Below are positions 13,533-27,728 of a DNA stretch of 64,000 nt, piece by piece. Source of the DNA: Ruditapes philippinarum (Eukaryota); contig NW_026859247.1 in NCBI RefSeq assembly GCF_026571515.1, positions 1 to 64,000 on the forward strand. The letters are read 5' to 3'. The stretch's first letter is position 1; each line of letters opens with the position of its first letter. Made by a program: the position numbers and the translations under genes. Below the pieces are notes generated by a model. That model worked only from the letters and a program-made list of their open reading frames with translations. It was not told the origin of the DNA and made no database searches.

Positions 13533-16500
13533 GTTTAATAGTCAAATTCTAAAAGAAAAATCAACCATTACTATACAGGGAAGTGATATATTAGAGTAGT
13601 AAGACGTCTATATGAAAATTGTTAAATTTTTGCGGATGCATTTCCATGATTTTAAACAGTACAAAAATAAAATAGTTCTTTTTTTTATATTTCAAACATG
13701 TATATTTAGATTATTTCAGAATTTTCATAATATCTATTTCTATTGTTAAATGACTACAGAATGAACAGCGTTGAAACGTTTATTTTTACTCAAATTAGGC
13801 TAAAGATCACACAAAATATTAATTTTAGATTAATTCTTTATTACAATGTATTATCTATCGAACAGTTTCCTGTTTCACCTGCCCCCATTTAATAAATTGA
13901 CTGAATGGTGTTTGTTTACATGCATAACAACATTTATACAAACAAAACAACAGTATTATGTAATTTAAAACAACGCAGCCATTTAAGTTTATCTTTCAAT
14001 TAAACCCTTAACAATTGATAATGTTAGTTTCAAAGTTAACAACTTCTATAGCTATGAGATGGTAAACCTTTACCTGACTATGGTGTATGATATCCAAACT
14101 TTAGAGAAGAACTTTACTTAACATTGGATTTTGTACAACTGCCACAACTAATTAATACTTGAACGTATTTATAAGTAAGATGTACTCTTATAACAATAAT
14201 ATAAAATTAAAGTTTTATCGATCTGGGGTATTAACGTCAACCATGCAGCAACCATATATTGTACCAATACCTATCAAAAATGATCAATACCACTTCTGTT
14301 TGTAGTACTCCTTTTTAAACTTTTTTGTATACCCGGTCTATCGTTAATCCATATATTGAACACCTTTTCAATAAACAATCAATAACAAATAGTCAACGGA
14401 TAAAATCGAAGATGGAGGACATACGAAAATAATTTCATTTCTATTGAACTGATTAATTGAAATTTGTGACAAGGAAGCGACATTTGATAAAGGAAACAAG
14501 ATGTATTAAACTCTAGTGGTATGCTAATACATGTCCTGTTCATTTTTCCTGTTACATGGACAAGAAAGAAATTTATACTGTCTAAAATCGTTACCTACAT
14601 TTTAATTTTTTTTTCAGTACTATAAAAGCAAAATGTAAAAATAAACGTTCTTTTGACCTTTTACCATTGACAATATGTTAATTTGCCCATAAGATATATT
14701 TAGTAGATTTTTACAGCATTTAGAAATATATATTCAAATGTTGATGTTATTATTTTGTACATTGTATTTCATTGTCGAAATGTTAGTTTATTTTTCGATA
14801 TATACATTTGCATGTCCTAACAAATCAAGGTTTTCCTCATGCACTATTTTGGGCATCGCGAAATGACTCTATGGCAGTTTATCAGTTTTTGTTACAATCA
14901 TCGTCAAACATAAAGACTGGCACAAGTGGGTTAATTAAATCCTTAGACTTACAGCATGGTTTTGACACGAACATAATTGAATGAGACTGGTTTGCGACAA
15001 AGCATTTTAACCTTATTATTAAAACAATATTATCATGATATTCTTTTAACTTTGTTTGGCAGACAATGAAGTAATTGATTCATTCAATATGTTAATGATT
15101 TCCGTAATTTAGATGATTGTCAGACAAATGCTGACATGACTCTCAACGAAATTTAAAGACTCATCTGAAATTTTTTGACATTATGAACTGGAAATATTTC
15201 TTCCGAGCTTTATAAACATTTGATGAAGGTTGAACAAATAATTTGCGTGCAAAATCTCAGATCATTTGGTTATTCCTTTATTCCAGAATAATCATTTTAA
15301 TTAATTAATTAATTAATTAATTAATAGTATTAAAAGTATATTTAAAAGTACGGAACACCTGTCGGGTCATGTTTTACAAATAAATGAAAATATCCGAATG
15401 TAAAGAATTAATACACCAAGTGCAAAAATGAACGTTTTTAACTTGTTTCGGGCTTAGAATAGCATCAAATGCAACTGAATCTCAATTGATCTAATTCAGG
15501 TAGACCATCAGCGAAGGAAGTGCGGACAACCACAATTTTACATGGACATAATGTTTATGTTTTGAAAGTAGAAATATACCCCTTAAGCAAAAAGATCTCC
15601 TGGAAATATTGGATGATTCACAAGTCCACTTTCAGCTTTGAACTTCCCACAAAAAATGTTCCGGATTACTGGACAAAAAATATCTGTACCGGTATTTGAC
15701 AACAGCTCAAACAATTTATCTGTCAAGTTTTTTCTTGGCCAATCAAAACTTCTATTTATAAGATTCAGGAGCCAAAACGTACCAACATTTCCAATCGCAA
15801 TGTCAAAGAAGAATAAATTTCATTTGTTATCTATATTGCGTTATAAATAAGTAGTAGGAAAATATTTGAAAGATGAAGTTATCTGATTTGTAAGAAGGAA
15901 CCTAGACTCCGTGTAATACTGTCGAGTAAGGAATGTCTGGTGTTCTTTCTTTTATATCTTATATTGTGTTATAGCCAATTTCAGTAAGAAAAGAAAGCGT
16001 GGTGCTCTTTCTTTTTATTGTGTTAAAAGCCAAGTCCGATTTTCTGTTCATTTTGAAAACATAATTTCATTTTAAAAAATGAACTTAATATTTCTAGACG
16101 AGTGTAAATTGTAGGGTAAATATTATGATGACCTTGTGAAGCACATACAAAATCAATTATAAAAGCAATAAGCAGCTAAAATATAAAGACAACATTATTT
16201 ATGTAGATGCGATATGTATTTTTCTTGCAAAACAATTACTTGATCAATTTCAATTATGATAATGATATCTGTAGTAAAGTGTGTCATTTTTTTTTAAAAG
16301 CATGTCTCAAGAATTTGTATGTATGTATAATTGAATGAACATTCTTAACGTCATTTCAGAAAAAATGATAATAATGACTTTGTTCAAAGTATAGCTTAAG
16401 TACAAAGAATGTTTGTGGGTTTTATTTTCAAACATATGGATAGTTGGTTAATTCTTGTCTTTACAATATAGGTAACATTATCACAATTATAATTCTCTTA

Positions 16501-16650
16501 AGTACTCCATTCCCGACATTCTCCAAATGATCGTTTACGACTTTAACAGTTTTTTACCCTACAACTTATGAAATTGTAGATAAAACTTACACGAAAAAAA
16601 TGAAGAGGGTTGTCAGTCTTCCTTCTACAGTGTAGCAATACCACGTGATC

Positions 16651-16836
16651 ATGACATCATTTTGGCACCATTTCCAAGACAAATGTCGTTCACTTCGAAC
16701 GGGTAAATAACCTAAAGTATTTTATTTTTGCACAAATTTCTTTGGGATATGTGCAATTCTACGGGGATATATGGCTATTTCCCCTTCAAAGTGGGCGATG
16801 TTTGTCTTGGAAATGATGCCAAAAATGACGTAACTG
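16651..16836. mobile_element. Inverted-repeat (MITE-like) remnant
   Basis: ttttggcaccatttccaagacaaa pairs with tttgtcttggaaatgatgccaaaa. Confidence 0.55.
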
Positions 16837-17459
16837 CCAAGTTGTATTGCTACATTGTTGTAGATATTTTTTAAACTTACTCTACGAATATCGGTTAAAA
16901 TCTTAATAGTGAGTGTGGACATTACATGTCCGAATTTGACCTTTAAACAAAAGTAAAAAAATGTACAAAATGTTCTCTACCTTGTGTTTATGTATGCGGG
17001 GTCACTATTATTGTTTAATCTCAAGTTATTAAATCCAATGTAAACATACAATATATTGATTGACTATTATAATGGTTGGACAAATGTCTCGCATAATTCA
17101 AAATATTTTAAACCAGAAATGGTTTATATAAGTTCTAATATAAATATATATAATATTAATGTTAATACTAATAAAAATTAAATAAAATAAATGAAACAAA
17201 AAATGAAAATAAAATAAATGAAACAAAAAATGAAAATATATTGACCTGATTGTTACTTTATTTTAAAGATAATCATCGTTTGTTGCTTATCTTAAATCAA
17301 AGGCCGACAACTCTGGTATGGTTTTTCGTACAATAATCGTGTTTATATACCTTTAATTAAAGTAGCCATATATAAGCAATATGTTTCAGAAAAGCATTTA
17401 GTCATTTATTTTATTGTGAATAATGCAAATATTTGATTTCAACGTATAGAGAGGAAATA

Positions 17460-17545
17460 ATAATAATACTAATAATAATAAAAATAATGATGATAATAAT
17501 AGTAATATAATAATAATAATAATAATAGTAAAAGTTATAATAGTA
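17460..17545. repeat. Imperfect (AAT)n microsatellite
   Basis: Run of taa/aat triplets. Confidence 0.8.
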
Positions 17546-17618
17546 AACAAAATACTACAGGATCTCATTCTAAGACTTCTATTAATGTAAGTTGAAAAAG
17601 TGAAGGAAGGGTTTTATA

Positions 17619-18108
17619 CGGTGTTCTGTTTGGACAATCGTGATTTTTATTTAGTTTGTATCCGCGATGCACGACGGTACGATGGTGAAAACACGATGGC
17701 ACGATAGTACGATGGTGAAAACGCGTTAGCACGATGATGAAAACGCTATGGTACGATGGTGAAATCGCAATGGTACGATGGTGAAAGTGCGATGGTACAA
17801 TGGTGAAAACGCGATTGCACGATGGTGAAAGCGCGATGGTACGATTGTGAAAACGCGATGGCACGATGGTATAAACGCGATGGTACGATGGTGAAAACAC
17901 GGTGGCGCGAATGTACGATGGGGAAAACGCGATGGTATGATGGTGAAAACGTGATATGACATCGCGTTTCCACCATCGCGACATCGCGATTTCACCATCG
18001 TACCATCGTGTTTTCACCATTGTTACATCGTGTTTTCACAATCATAACATCGTGCATCGCGGGTAAGGACGAAATGAAAAAAATCACGATTGACCAAACG
18101 GAACACCG
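17619..18108. mobile_element. ~490-bp non-autonomous DNA transposon/MITE with TIRs and inverted internal 22-bp tandem arrays
   Basis: TIR cggtgttctgtttggacaatcgtgattttt pairs with aaaaatcacgattgaccaaacggaacaccg. Internal repeats cgatggtgaaaacgcgatggta occur on the left and their reverse complements on the right. Confidence 0.85.
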
Positions 18109-19573
18109 AAGTTTTACGTCAGATTTTAAATTTGATTTCAAACATTGCTACAGCTCTGTTAATAAGTATATTTTTTATATAAAAACAAAAACCGGGGTTT
18201 TTTGTGTTTGTTAAATTTTTATTTTTTGTTTCCAAACCTTGAAAAACAACTATTTAAATTTTGATGGCTTCTGTAGACATTTTTGGGGGTTTCTTTTAAA
18301 AATGATGCTTTTTATTTTGGGCCCAAAAAATTTAAACATTTAAAAAGAATATTTCATGTTTAAATATTTGGTCGATGCCATTTTAACAAAAAACAGGGCC
18401 CAAAAAAAAAATTTTTTTTTTAAAAAACAAAGCACCCAACCTTTTTTTTGGCCCTGAGTTATTTTCCCTTTGGCCCAGGAGTTATGGATTTGCCCCCTAC
18501 CATATGGGCCCCCCATTGCTTGTGGGTCGGGTTTCAAACCCGGGATATTTGGATTCTTTTTTTGTTTTGGGGGCCCTCCGCCCTTAAAATATGGAATTCG
18601 GTGGTTTCTACTCATGTGCTCTTTCGTGCCCAAAATGATGCGCGGTTTTTCTACACCAGTACAGCTGAAAACTCGCCTTTTAGTAGTGATGTTGCAAAGA
18701 AATAAATTATTTGATACATAAAACAACTTCGAATGATCATTATACGCTTGTGGTCATCGTACTCACTGTGAGGGAGAGCCAGGGTGTATAATCTAGAAAA
18801 GTTTTTAGAATGACTTCTTACACATTGTCCCGGTAAAGAATTTATCAATAAATAATATTTCAAACCTCGCCTACAATTATAAGGTACTATGTATAGATGA
18901 TAAATACAAAAATATGTTGGCACTAGTGGAAGTGGATAGTGAATTGCTCGTTTCCATGTATGAAAGAAGTACCATTCATTATCAAAAGAAAAGTTTTTTC
19001 ATACCCATTAAATCGTAGGAAATTAACTTGTATTTTCCAGTTTCCTATATTCAAAGTTAAATTTTTCGAATTGTGTGCCTTATGTATTTACAATACGAGA
19101 AAGTAAGTATAATAAAACTCTTGTTAAAATACGTACTTTTCAACCTTTTGCTTTTTTAGACCATATTTCTTCAGATGAATTGTATTTTGCTTTATATCAA
19201 GCATATTTCCAGAAGCCATATTACTGAAATACTCATTTAGTTGGTTAAGTTGTATAAAAGCACTCAGTTAGTTAAACGCATGAACGTTTTCTGTAGCTGT
19301 TAGGGGAAAGACAAGGGTGAAATACTTGATAAATGACATGATAATTAAGAATTCTCAACACTCTTAGCATGTTTGTTAATATATAAGCAACACAAGTATC
19401 AGTTTTCATTTCAAAATTGATTAATTGACTTTTTCACAAATATATTTACTCATAGTTCATCGTTTGAAAAGAATAAGATAATCATAAAATTGAGTCGTAA
19501 TTAAATCATTATACATTGATTGTTTTCAGAACAAATAAATATTAACGAATTCTTCTGTGTTTCGTGTATATCA

Positions 19574-21386
19574 TCAACCAGAATCTTTTTTGCTCTTTAG
19601 CCGTGGTTGTGCTAGACAAAAACATTAATGTACTTGTAAAGTAACAATACATGTACAGTTATTGTTATTAAATATTTGGTTGAATGAATGTTAATTTGTA
19701 CTGATTTCTTTTTCAAACACAAAAATGATGTATGGTTTAATGCTTATATAAAGTTTCACTTAAATGTTTTAGTTCTTTAAAAGTAATTGTGCTTATTTAA
19801 GTCGATGTTAAACAATTATATATCTGAAACCATAATCAGATTTTTTAAGAAAAGAGTAACTATCATACAATGATTATAATATACAATGATTATAATATTT
19901 ATATTTTTATTTTATAATTTAAAAGAAATACATCGTCTTACTTGCTTTTTCTCACACATAACATGTGATTTCAGTTCACAATGGTGATCGTGCCAGGTAT
20001 AACCAGATTTTCCCCAAAGAACGGCACAATCTTGATTATTTGCATTAGTTGGTTGCCCTGGATACCAGTTGGTGTATCCATCAGTGATTGGTTTATGATT
20101 TGTGTACCAGGCCAATATTCCTTCAATTGCGACGTCTGTTGCCCCAACCCAAAACCAATTAGACCTCGAAGCTCCTGTAAAATATTTCAATGATAGTTAC
20201 GAATAAATACTAGACCTATGTGTATAAACCTCATTTCTTGTATAAAATTCATTTTTAACATGTTAATCCTAAACTCAGCGACAATCAGAAACACTGAATC
20301 CACTCATGATTACAAGTTAAACATTGGTGTTCACTGTAAATTTCTATAATAACATTTTAAATGAACTATCTGAACGACCTAATGTTCCAATATAAATCAT
20401 ACTTGGACCAACCTTATCAATTGAGCCTCGTTTTCATTACAAAAAAAAACCGTTTAAAATGACAGTTGTACTCAATGTAGCCTCACTTTCATTTTCCTAA
20501 GCCAAAACATCAATATCAAATTCATACTGTACTCTATCAAGCCTCGTTTTCATATTCCGAGTCCAAAAGTTCCTTGTCAATTTCATATTACACACGCAGT
20601 AGCAACTGTATCTTTAATATAACACATCAACAGTGTTCAATGTGCGCTTTCTTAAATATTAAATATACTTTGTCGCCATTAAAATTTGTAATTAAATTGA
20701 AATAAATAAAAGTGGAAACCTGTCTTGAATAAACGTTGGCACTGATCACGGAGAAACAATTCCTCTGAACGAGACTCTACTGTCACAATGTGAGAATGAT
20801 CGTGCGTATCGCAAAAATCCTAAAAATAACAAGTTGACGTTCATTTTTCAATCTAGAAAATCGTAATATAGTTTCAATGACTTAAAGAACTTCTTTGCAA
20901 TTTTATACATGTGCGACATATCGTCTTAAAGTTTTAAAGAAATATTTTGGCATTTTAATCATTAAAACAATAGAAGACGGAGTCTGTTTTTCACATTGCT
21001 CCTGCTCAGCCATTTGAATATATTTATATAATAGATACTATTTTATGCATATATAAATTTTGTTTCATTGTTTGAGAGGTTTTTGATTTAATATATATTT
21101 TTACAAATTTGTATTATAATCAGGACAAAAAGAGTATTCCTTTTATCAATATTTCACATAATGCATCTGCTTAACATTACTTTACTTTAACTTTACTCTA
21201 AACAACATGTTGAAAATATTGGAGTTTTTTTATAAGTTAGTAATAAACATCATTAATTCTGTACTTGAAAATTTTGAATCTTAATTAAACTAAGTTAATT
21301 CAAATGTACTTGACCATTGATTATGCCGTGATCATCTAGAATACAAGCTAACACTAGAATATCCGGATATATTGGAACTTCATCAT
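19574..21386 (-). pseudogene. C-type lectin paralog 2, probable pseudogene; exon remnants 21386-21315, 20819-20720, 20174-19946, 19611-19574
   Basis: Close homology to paralog 3 (DFCDTHDHSHIVTVESRSEELFLRDQCQRLFKT; NWFWVGATDVAIEG..WHDHHCELKSHVMCE). Exon 1 is 5 nt longer, giving an early TAG. No exon-2 equivalent (CC..GW..SCY) is present. The exon-4 donor is GC at the homologous position, and the last exon has +1 nt. Confidence 0.8.
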
Positions 21387-21729
21387 ACGTGTTGTCTCCA
21401 ATTTTTTATTCCAATCAACTTAAACAAATTCTGTATCAACTTAGACTCATGCTGTTGAAGCTTTACCTTTACTAATTGTTCTGAATTCAAATGAAGACAC
21501 GCAGGCAATACAAACATACTAACAATGGAGTTCATGAGTTTAAAAAATCTAGTACACTCGACACGCAATTCCTCTTGTCGTTGGTGATTTTTAGATAAGT
21601 AGAAACAAAAGGAGATATAAATGTATTCGGAATTTTTGTAACCACCGCATAACAGCAAAGAAAAAAACGATTTCTTATATTTCAACAAAAAGTTTGAAAA
21701 ACGATGGTGCAATGGACCATGAAGAAAAA

Positions 21730-22635
21730 GAAGATGATGATGATGGTGGTGATGGCGGTGGGGTGAGGATAATGGTGGTGGTTACGGTGATTTATAATGA
21801 TGATCGTGGTGGTGTTGATGATGCATGATGGTGATGACGATGATGATGGTGGTGATGATGGAGGTGACAATGATGGTACTGAATAGTCATGATGATGATG
21901 ATGATGAAGCTGGTAATGGTGTGATGATAATTATGTTGGTGATGGTGATGATGGTTGATGGTGGTGGATGATGATGGTGGTGATGGTGATGATGATGATA
22001 CTTATATTCATGATGATGATGATGAAGCTGATGATGATGATGATGGTGGTGTTGATGATGGTGGTGGTGGTGGTGATGATGATGATGATGGTGATGATAA
22101 TGATGGTTGTGATGATGTTGATGGTTGTGGTTATGATGGTGGTGGCTGATGTTGATGGTGGTGATGTTGGTGGTGGTGATGATGATTTATGATAGTGGTT
22201 GGTAGGGTGATGATGATGATGGTGGTGGTGGTGGTGGATGATTTGGTGGTGGTTGTTGATGATAATGATGGCGTGGTTGTGGTGGTGATGGTGGTGTTAA
22301 TGATGGAGGTGGTGACGATGATGGTTTTGTTACTCATGATGATGATTATGGTGGTGATGATGATGGTGGTGGTGGTGATGATGATGGTATTGATAGTCAT
22401 GATGATTATGATGATGATGATGATGGTGATGAAAATGTTGTGGTGTTGATAGTCGTGACGATGATGATCAATTGTTTCTTGGGAGAATGATATTTGTTTT
22501 TGTAATTATGATGTTGTTGGGGATTATTTGGTAATAATAATGATGGTGATGGTGGTAGAGGGAGTGGTGGTTACAATGATGATGATGATGGTTGCGGTGA
22601 GGATGGACAGTTGTTTTGATGATGGGTGGTGATTA
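21730..22635. repeat. Degenerate (GAT/GGT)n trinucleotide low-complexity tract
   Basis: Mixed gat/ggt triplets; the overlapping poly-M/V/D/G and poly-I/T/H ORFs are artefacts. Confidence 0.95.
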
Positions 22636-23204
22636 ATTCAGGGACGTACTTGGCTTATTTTAGTCTACGCAAAGTTGAAGCCATGGGCCAAAGGATTTCT
22701 TTTACTACGTTTTATTTGGATATAAGCAATGAAATATGTTTTAAATGTAATAATATTATGTTTGTTTATACTTATGGAAATAACATCAAGTATTGAATGT
22801 ACAAGAAAACTGCATGAAGTCGAACGCGTAGATTACATTAACTAGGTCAACAAGTTATTTACTATTGTTAAAACAAAACTTGCTACATGTCTCTATTGTA
22901 TTCAAGATGGTTTTATTTCCTTCTTTTAACAAGATGTTGACAAGGGGTTGTTTTACCATAACTTAAAACAAGATAAAATCACGGAAAATATCGTTTACAA
23001 GGGATCTTTATGTTTATAAAAAAAACAAATACAACAGCTTTTATGTTTAGTGAAATAGTAAAATTGCGACTTTATCATTTAAACCTTAAAAAATACATGT
23101 ATTCTAATTTCGGACTTAGAATAGCACAAAAAGCAACTGAATGGCATTTGCTCTAATTGATGTAGACAGTCAACAACGAAGGAAGAACGGACAGCCACAA
23201 TTGT

Positions 23205-23385
23205 GATTATAGACGCCACAGTTTTCTGGTGGTCTGGTGGAGGAAGACCTCAGCTGCCCCCCCCCCCCCTCGCTTATAAATTCATACACGAGTGGGCACC
23301 TGATTAGAACTATTAGACTTAAAGGTTCCGGACGAGATTTGAACTCACAGCGGTGAGGGATAAGTTATTTGAAGTCAACGAAATG
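23205..23385 (-). mobile_element. tRNA-derived SINE fragment (bivalve SINE-like)
   Basis: ggtggaggaagacc...acgagtgggcacctg..tagaac...tttgaactcacagcggtgaggg..aagttatttgaagtc reads as a reverse-complemented B-box-containing tRNA-like head plus body. Family recognition is from memory. Confidence 0.65.
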
Positions 23386-23892
23386 AATATTATATCTTTA
23401 ATTTCTACACATAATCTGTGAATAAAAGTTAGATATTCCTTGTAGATCTTTACAGCCAATACAATACATTAAATGGGTAACTAATCAAAGATTATATAAA
23501 AAAAAGGAACAAATAGATAAATAAAACTAGACATGATTTGATAAAGAAAAAGCAATAGTTACCCAAAAGTACTATTATACATTTATCACCACTAGTAAAT
23601 AGATAAGCAAGCAATTTCTAACATGAAGTTAAAAGTTAAATAAATAAAACATCTTTTTTTTAAAAAATGCAAACAACTTATACGGTTTAGAGCGCGCAGT
23701 TAGATAAGAGTTCAGCATAATTATATATTTTTGATTTTTCTGTCAATTGATTTCGGATTTTACGGTCAATTCACTTAATGTAATTAATATTTGACAGGTT
23801 TTCGGTAAATCCCATGAGATGTGAATTAATTTAATTTGTGATTATGAAATAATTTTACTGAGCGTATTAGCGAAATAGAATAAACTACGGGT

Positions 23893-25070
23893 TTATAATT
23901 TCTTAATGACATGCGTGTTGTTTGATCGAGACCGTTTTTGACTACATAATACCAAATGCATGTAAGCATACACAATTTTTGATATATCATATTTAAAAAC
24001 ATAGTCCGAACTAGGTACATACTTAGATCTAAAGTGAACAACATGACTTTTATTTGCATTTAAAAACACACCTTTTAAAAGGCACGGACCACTTAAGTGC
24101 TTTAACATTACCTATAAATTAGTTTTGTTTTCAGCAACTATAACAGTATCGTCTGCGTAAAATATATCACGCATGTTCTCATTGCAATTATATATACCTT
24201 TATCAATACTTTTTAAGTCCCATAGATCCCAAGAAATGCTTTTTTCTATTTCTCAAATCCTGTCTGTGTGATATGACCTAAATTGTGTTTGTGCGCTGTA
24301 AGAAAACAAAACAAAAAATCTTCCCTTTTCATTTTAGTTTTTGCTGTCCTGTAATAGTTTAAAAATATCCATTGTCAATTCATCTTTAAAAGCTCTGTTG
24401 CTGTTTTTGCTTTAAATACAGTTATAGTTATTTAGCATTTTGAAATGAAGTCAAGATACTACTTTGTTTACATCTTTTGCTTCCTTTTCGGAAAATAATT
24501 TCACCATTCTGAATCAGCGCAACTTTCTTCAGATGATAAGCATCTAACATGTTATAAAACCATTTTTTAAATGTAATATAACTAATGTTTGCCCTTTGTA
24601 AAGAAGCAAATAGTTATTCATTTTTGAGGCATAATGTGACCATAAGAGAAATTGTTAGATTATTGATGTAAATATTGAATAAACTCGTAGATAAGGAACA
24701 TCCTTGAGGTAGACCAGTGCTTGCCCTGAACCAGTCAGATAAAATTCACTATCACATAAACATCTAGAGACACTATTAGTATTACTACAGAGAAAATACC
24801 TAAAAATTTATTCAAAAGCAAACTTTTATTAATAGGGTTAAAACAAAGTCTTGCGAAATTGATGCACATAATGTCTACTTTTCATTCAATTTCATGTAAA
24901 TTATGCTTGCGATGCTTGAAAGGTGATCGATGTAACTGCGTTTTTTTTTTTTTTCGTTTTTTTTTCTGTTTTTTTTTTTTTTCGAAATCCATTTTGCTCC
25001 TCCACGACAAGACCATTGTTATCTGACTATTTTACAATACGCTCATTTAAAATACTTGGGTATAGTATGT
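23893..25070 (-). mobile_element. Degenerate non-LTR retrotransposon (LINE, CR1/L2-like) reverse transcriptase relic, interrupted by a ~0.4-kb insertion
   Basis: The minus strand encodes LVVEEQNGFR..RSYIDH (~25.0 kb), SDWFRASTGLPQGCSLSTSLFNIYINNL (~24.7 kb) and DIFYADDTVIVAENKTNL*..LNANKSHVVHF (~24.15 kb), with stops and frameshifts. The insertion includes a SINE-like 3' tail (tatgacctaaattgtgtt...aaaacaaaacaaaaaa). Confidence 0.85.
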
Positions 25071-27728
25071 TTTAAAAACAAAACTAAAACAAAACAAACA
25101 AAAACATCAACAATATCAAAAACAACAACAAAATATTTTTCATTTGCGCTTGATTACGAGTATAATCACATTGCATCAATTTTGCCTTAAATATCAAAAT
25201 AAATGCCCAAATATTTCTTGCAATTTGCAACAAAAAACTTATGATTGTTTGCTTTAAAAATAACGTGATGAAAATTATTTTATGTGTTTTATGTAACATA
25301 AATACATTGGATTTTAAAATTTTACGTGGGTTGTCCCAATATTCTCTGATAAGATTGTTTAAAAGCTAAATAAAATAGGTATGAATTTGATATTTTAATA
25401 TGTTATAAAACCATATAATTAAAACATTTACACAAATTTACATAGAAAAATATAAACAAACAACAAAAATATGCCATAAACTCCATGGCAACTAACTGAA
25501 TCGCGGTGCACGTCAAACGTCAAAGACGGCGTTAAATCTATATATAAGACGCCTTTCTCAAATATTCTCAATGACTTAAAACGCAACAATGGTACCCATA
25601 AACCATCAATTACAGACTTAAATCATGTGGTTTTTAATGTCTGTTGAATGTTTGGATGGCATACATTAATGCAATACGCGAACTTCCGGTTTCGTTGCAC
25701 CTGCATTTAGCTGTGGAAATAGGCGACAAAGATCGGTCTTCCGTGTTTGCCTTATTTTCGCTTTTTGTAGCGGAAAACGTTGATTCCGTGCATGCCTTTA
25801 GTAAACAAATGCTCATGATATGTTGCCAAACTGTTACATTTGGTATATTTGTTGAAAATCGTAACATGTGTTATCTCGAAATAGTCATGAAACTTAAGTG
25901 ACCTGTTCACTACGCCGCAAATTCTTCGAACGTCGCCATTTTAACTTTCCTATTTTATACGAGATATTTTCATTTATTCGTATCTTTTTCGTTTCTTAAG
26001 TTATTTAAATTAAATTTTCTGAGATGATTTAAACATAGCAGCAGAGAAAGTCAACGTGACATTGTGCACACACATCATCAGATATTTGAAATATACGTAA
26101 TTAATTTTAGCCTATTCATAACTAAATGCAAATTATTTGACGTGCGCCGGCAACTCAAACCAATGTCGTTAATACTGCAAATTTCTAAGTAACTAAAGTA
26201 TTCTTTTTTGTAAATGATTCGTTGTTATGTTAAATAAACGTAACGGTTATGTGTGTGAATTATTTTCTATTGACGTTAAAAATGAACCGTCTATAAAATT
26301 TTCCCAAATTAATGTCGGTCTAGACCAATAACTTGTTAGATTGTAATTTTAGATCATTGGCTCTACTCTAAATATGAACAAAATTAAAATGCGTTGCAAC
26401 TCAAACCGAGCTGAGAATTGCATAAAAAATACACTTTTCAATTAATTTCTGGGTATAATTTTTAATCATGTTTAGCATTTATTTCTGTTCAAGAGGGTCC
26501 AAGCTAATCCAAATTCAAATTTTATGTTTTAGGAGTTCGGACATCAGTGGAGTTCCTTTAAGATGCATAACTATTTTAAAGTGATTTGGTCTTTCAAGAA
26601 GTGTTTCAATTAAAATGTTGATAAGACGATAAAAATGTATCATTTGGATACATATATACAATAGTTCTTTACAACTTATAAAATCTTAGCAGGTAATATA
26701 TCCACATATATCACCCCAAAACCAAAATAATAATTTTATTACCCTTCCCCTGCCGAGTTTAGACGATTTTTTAAAAAATAATTGCTGTTTCAAATGAAAC
26801 GTCGAAATAAGATTCCCTTTAAGATACCTCTTCATCACAACATGACGTCACATAAATACATGACGTATTTTTCCAGTACCTAACGAATGTAAACAAGAGA
26901 AAAGGAGTAGTCTATTGAAAGCACTTTTTTGTAATTAATATCAAGCTTTCACAAGGTCATTTTTGTTTTCAATACTGATGGGAATTTGTATCATTACTCT
27001 ACTTTGGTAAATATTTATCATTTGACTGTTAAAAAGTGCTTGTATATCGGAATTTACACCGCGTAAAATCGAACCGTACGCGCATCACCTCAGCGCATGT
27101 CGTTTACAACGTTGGGTACCCAACGGGGAAATTTAGTGTGTATATTACCCGTCTGGCTCGGTTATATCAATTTCTTTCGGGTGATCAATATCCAATCAAA
27201 AAGGCGGAAAAAATCTGGAAGGGTAATAAAACAATTTATTATCTGCTATATATTAAATTTGTCATCTTGGATCATGTATCTTTCAATTACAGACATCACC
27301 CATGCATAGTTATTTCGAGGTTTTACGTTATGGTCGATACTTAATTCTGTCAACGTGATTCTTTATGGTAAAAGAACCTTCCATTATAGACCAATTCACT
27401 TTAAAGATCAGTTTATTTCTTTATTTAAAAAAAAAATCTGCTTAATAATAATTGCAGTTTAAATTTTAAATCAACTTCAGCATTGTCATCTTACAACATG
27501 CTTGATAGTGTCTGCATTTTACTATACATGCTTACTCATGTATACTGTATAGACACAGCATTTGTAGTGTTTGAAATGTTTTATTTCATATTACCATTTT
27601 TCACCCTAAAACGAAACTGAATGGTAAATTCAAACGTTTGAAAGAAAAGAGTATTAAAATGCATAATTGTATTTATACTTCGTCTCATTTTATTTTCAAA
27701 AAATACAGAAAAATCATTTCTTTCTGCA

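Noticed and set aside
17565-18020. RFHHRTI-repeat ORFs
   Set aside because: Arise from the 22-bp tandem repeat within a MITE.
18340-18726. 128-aa ORF and overlapping ORFs
   Set aside because: Homopolymer-biased composition, likely low-quality repeat-derived sequence.
21682-22449. Poly-D/G, poly-M/V and poly-T/H ORFs
   Set aside because: Translations of a GAT/GGT simple repeat.
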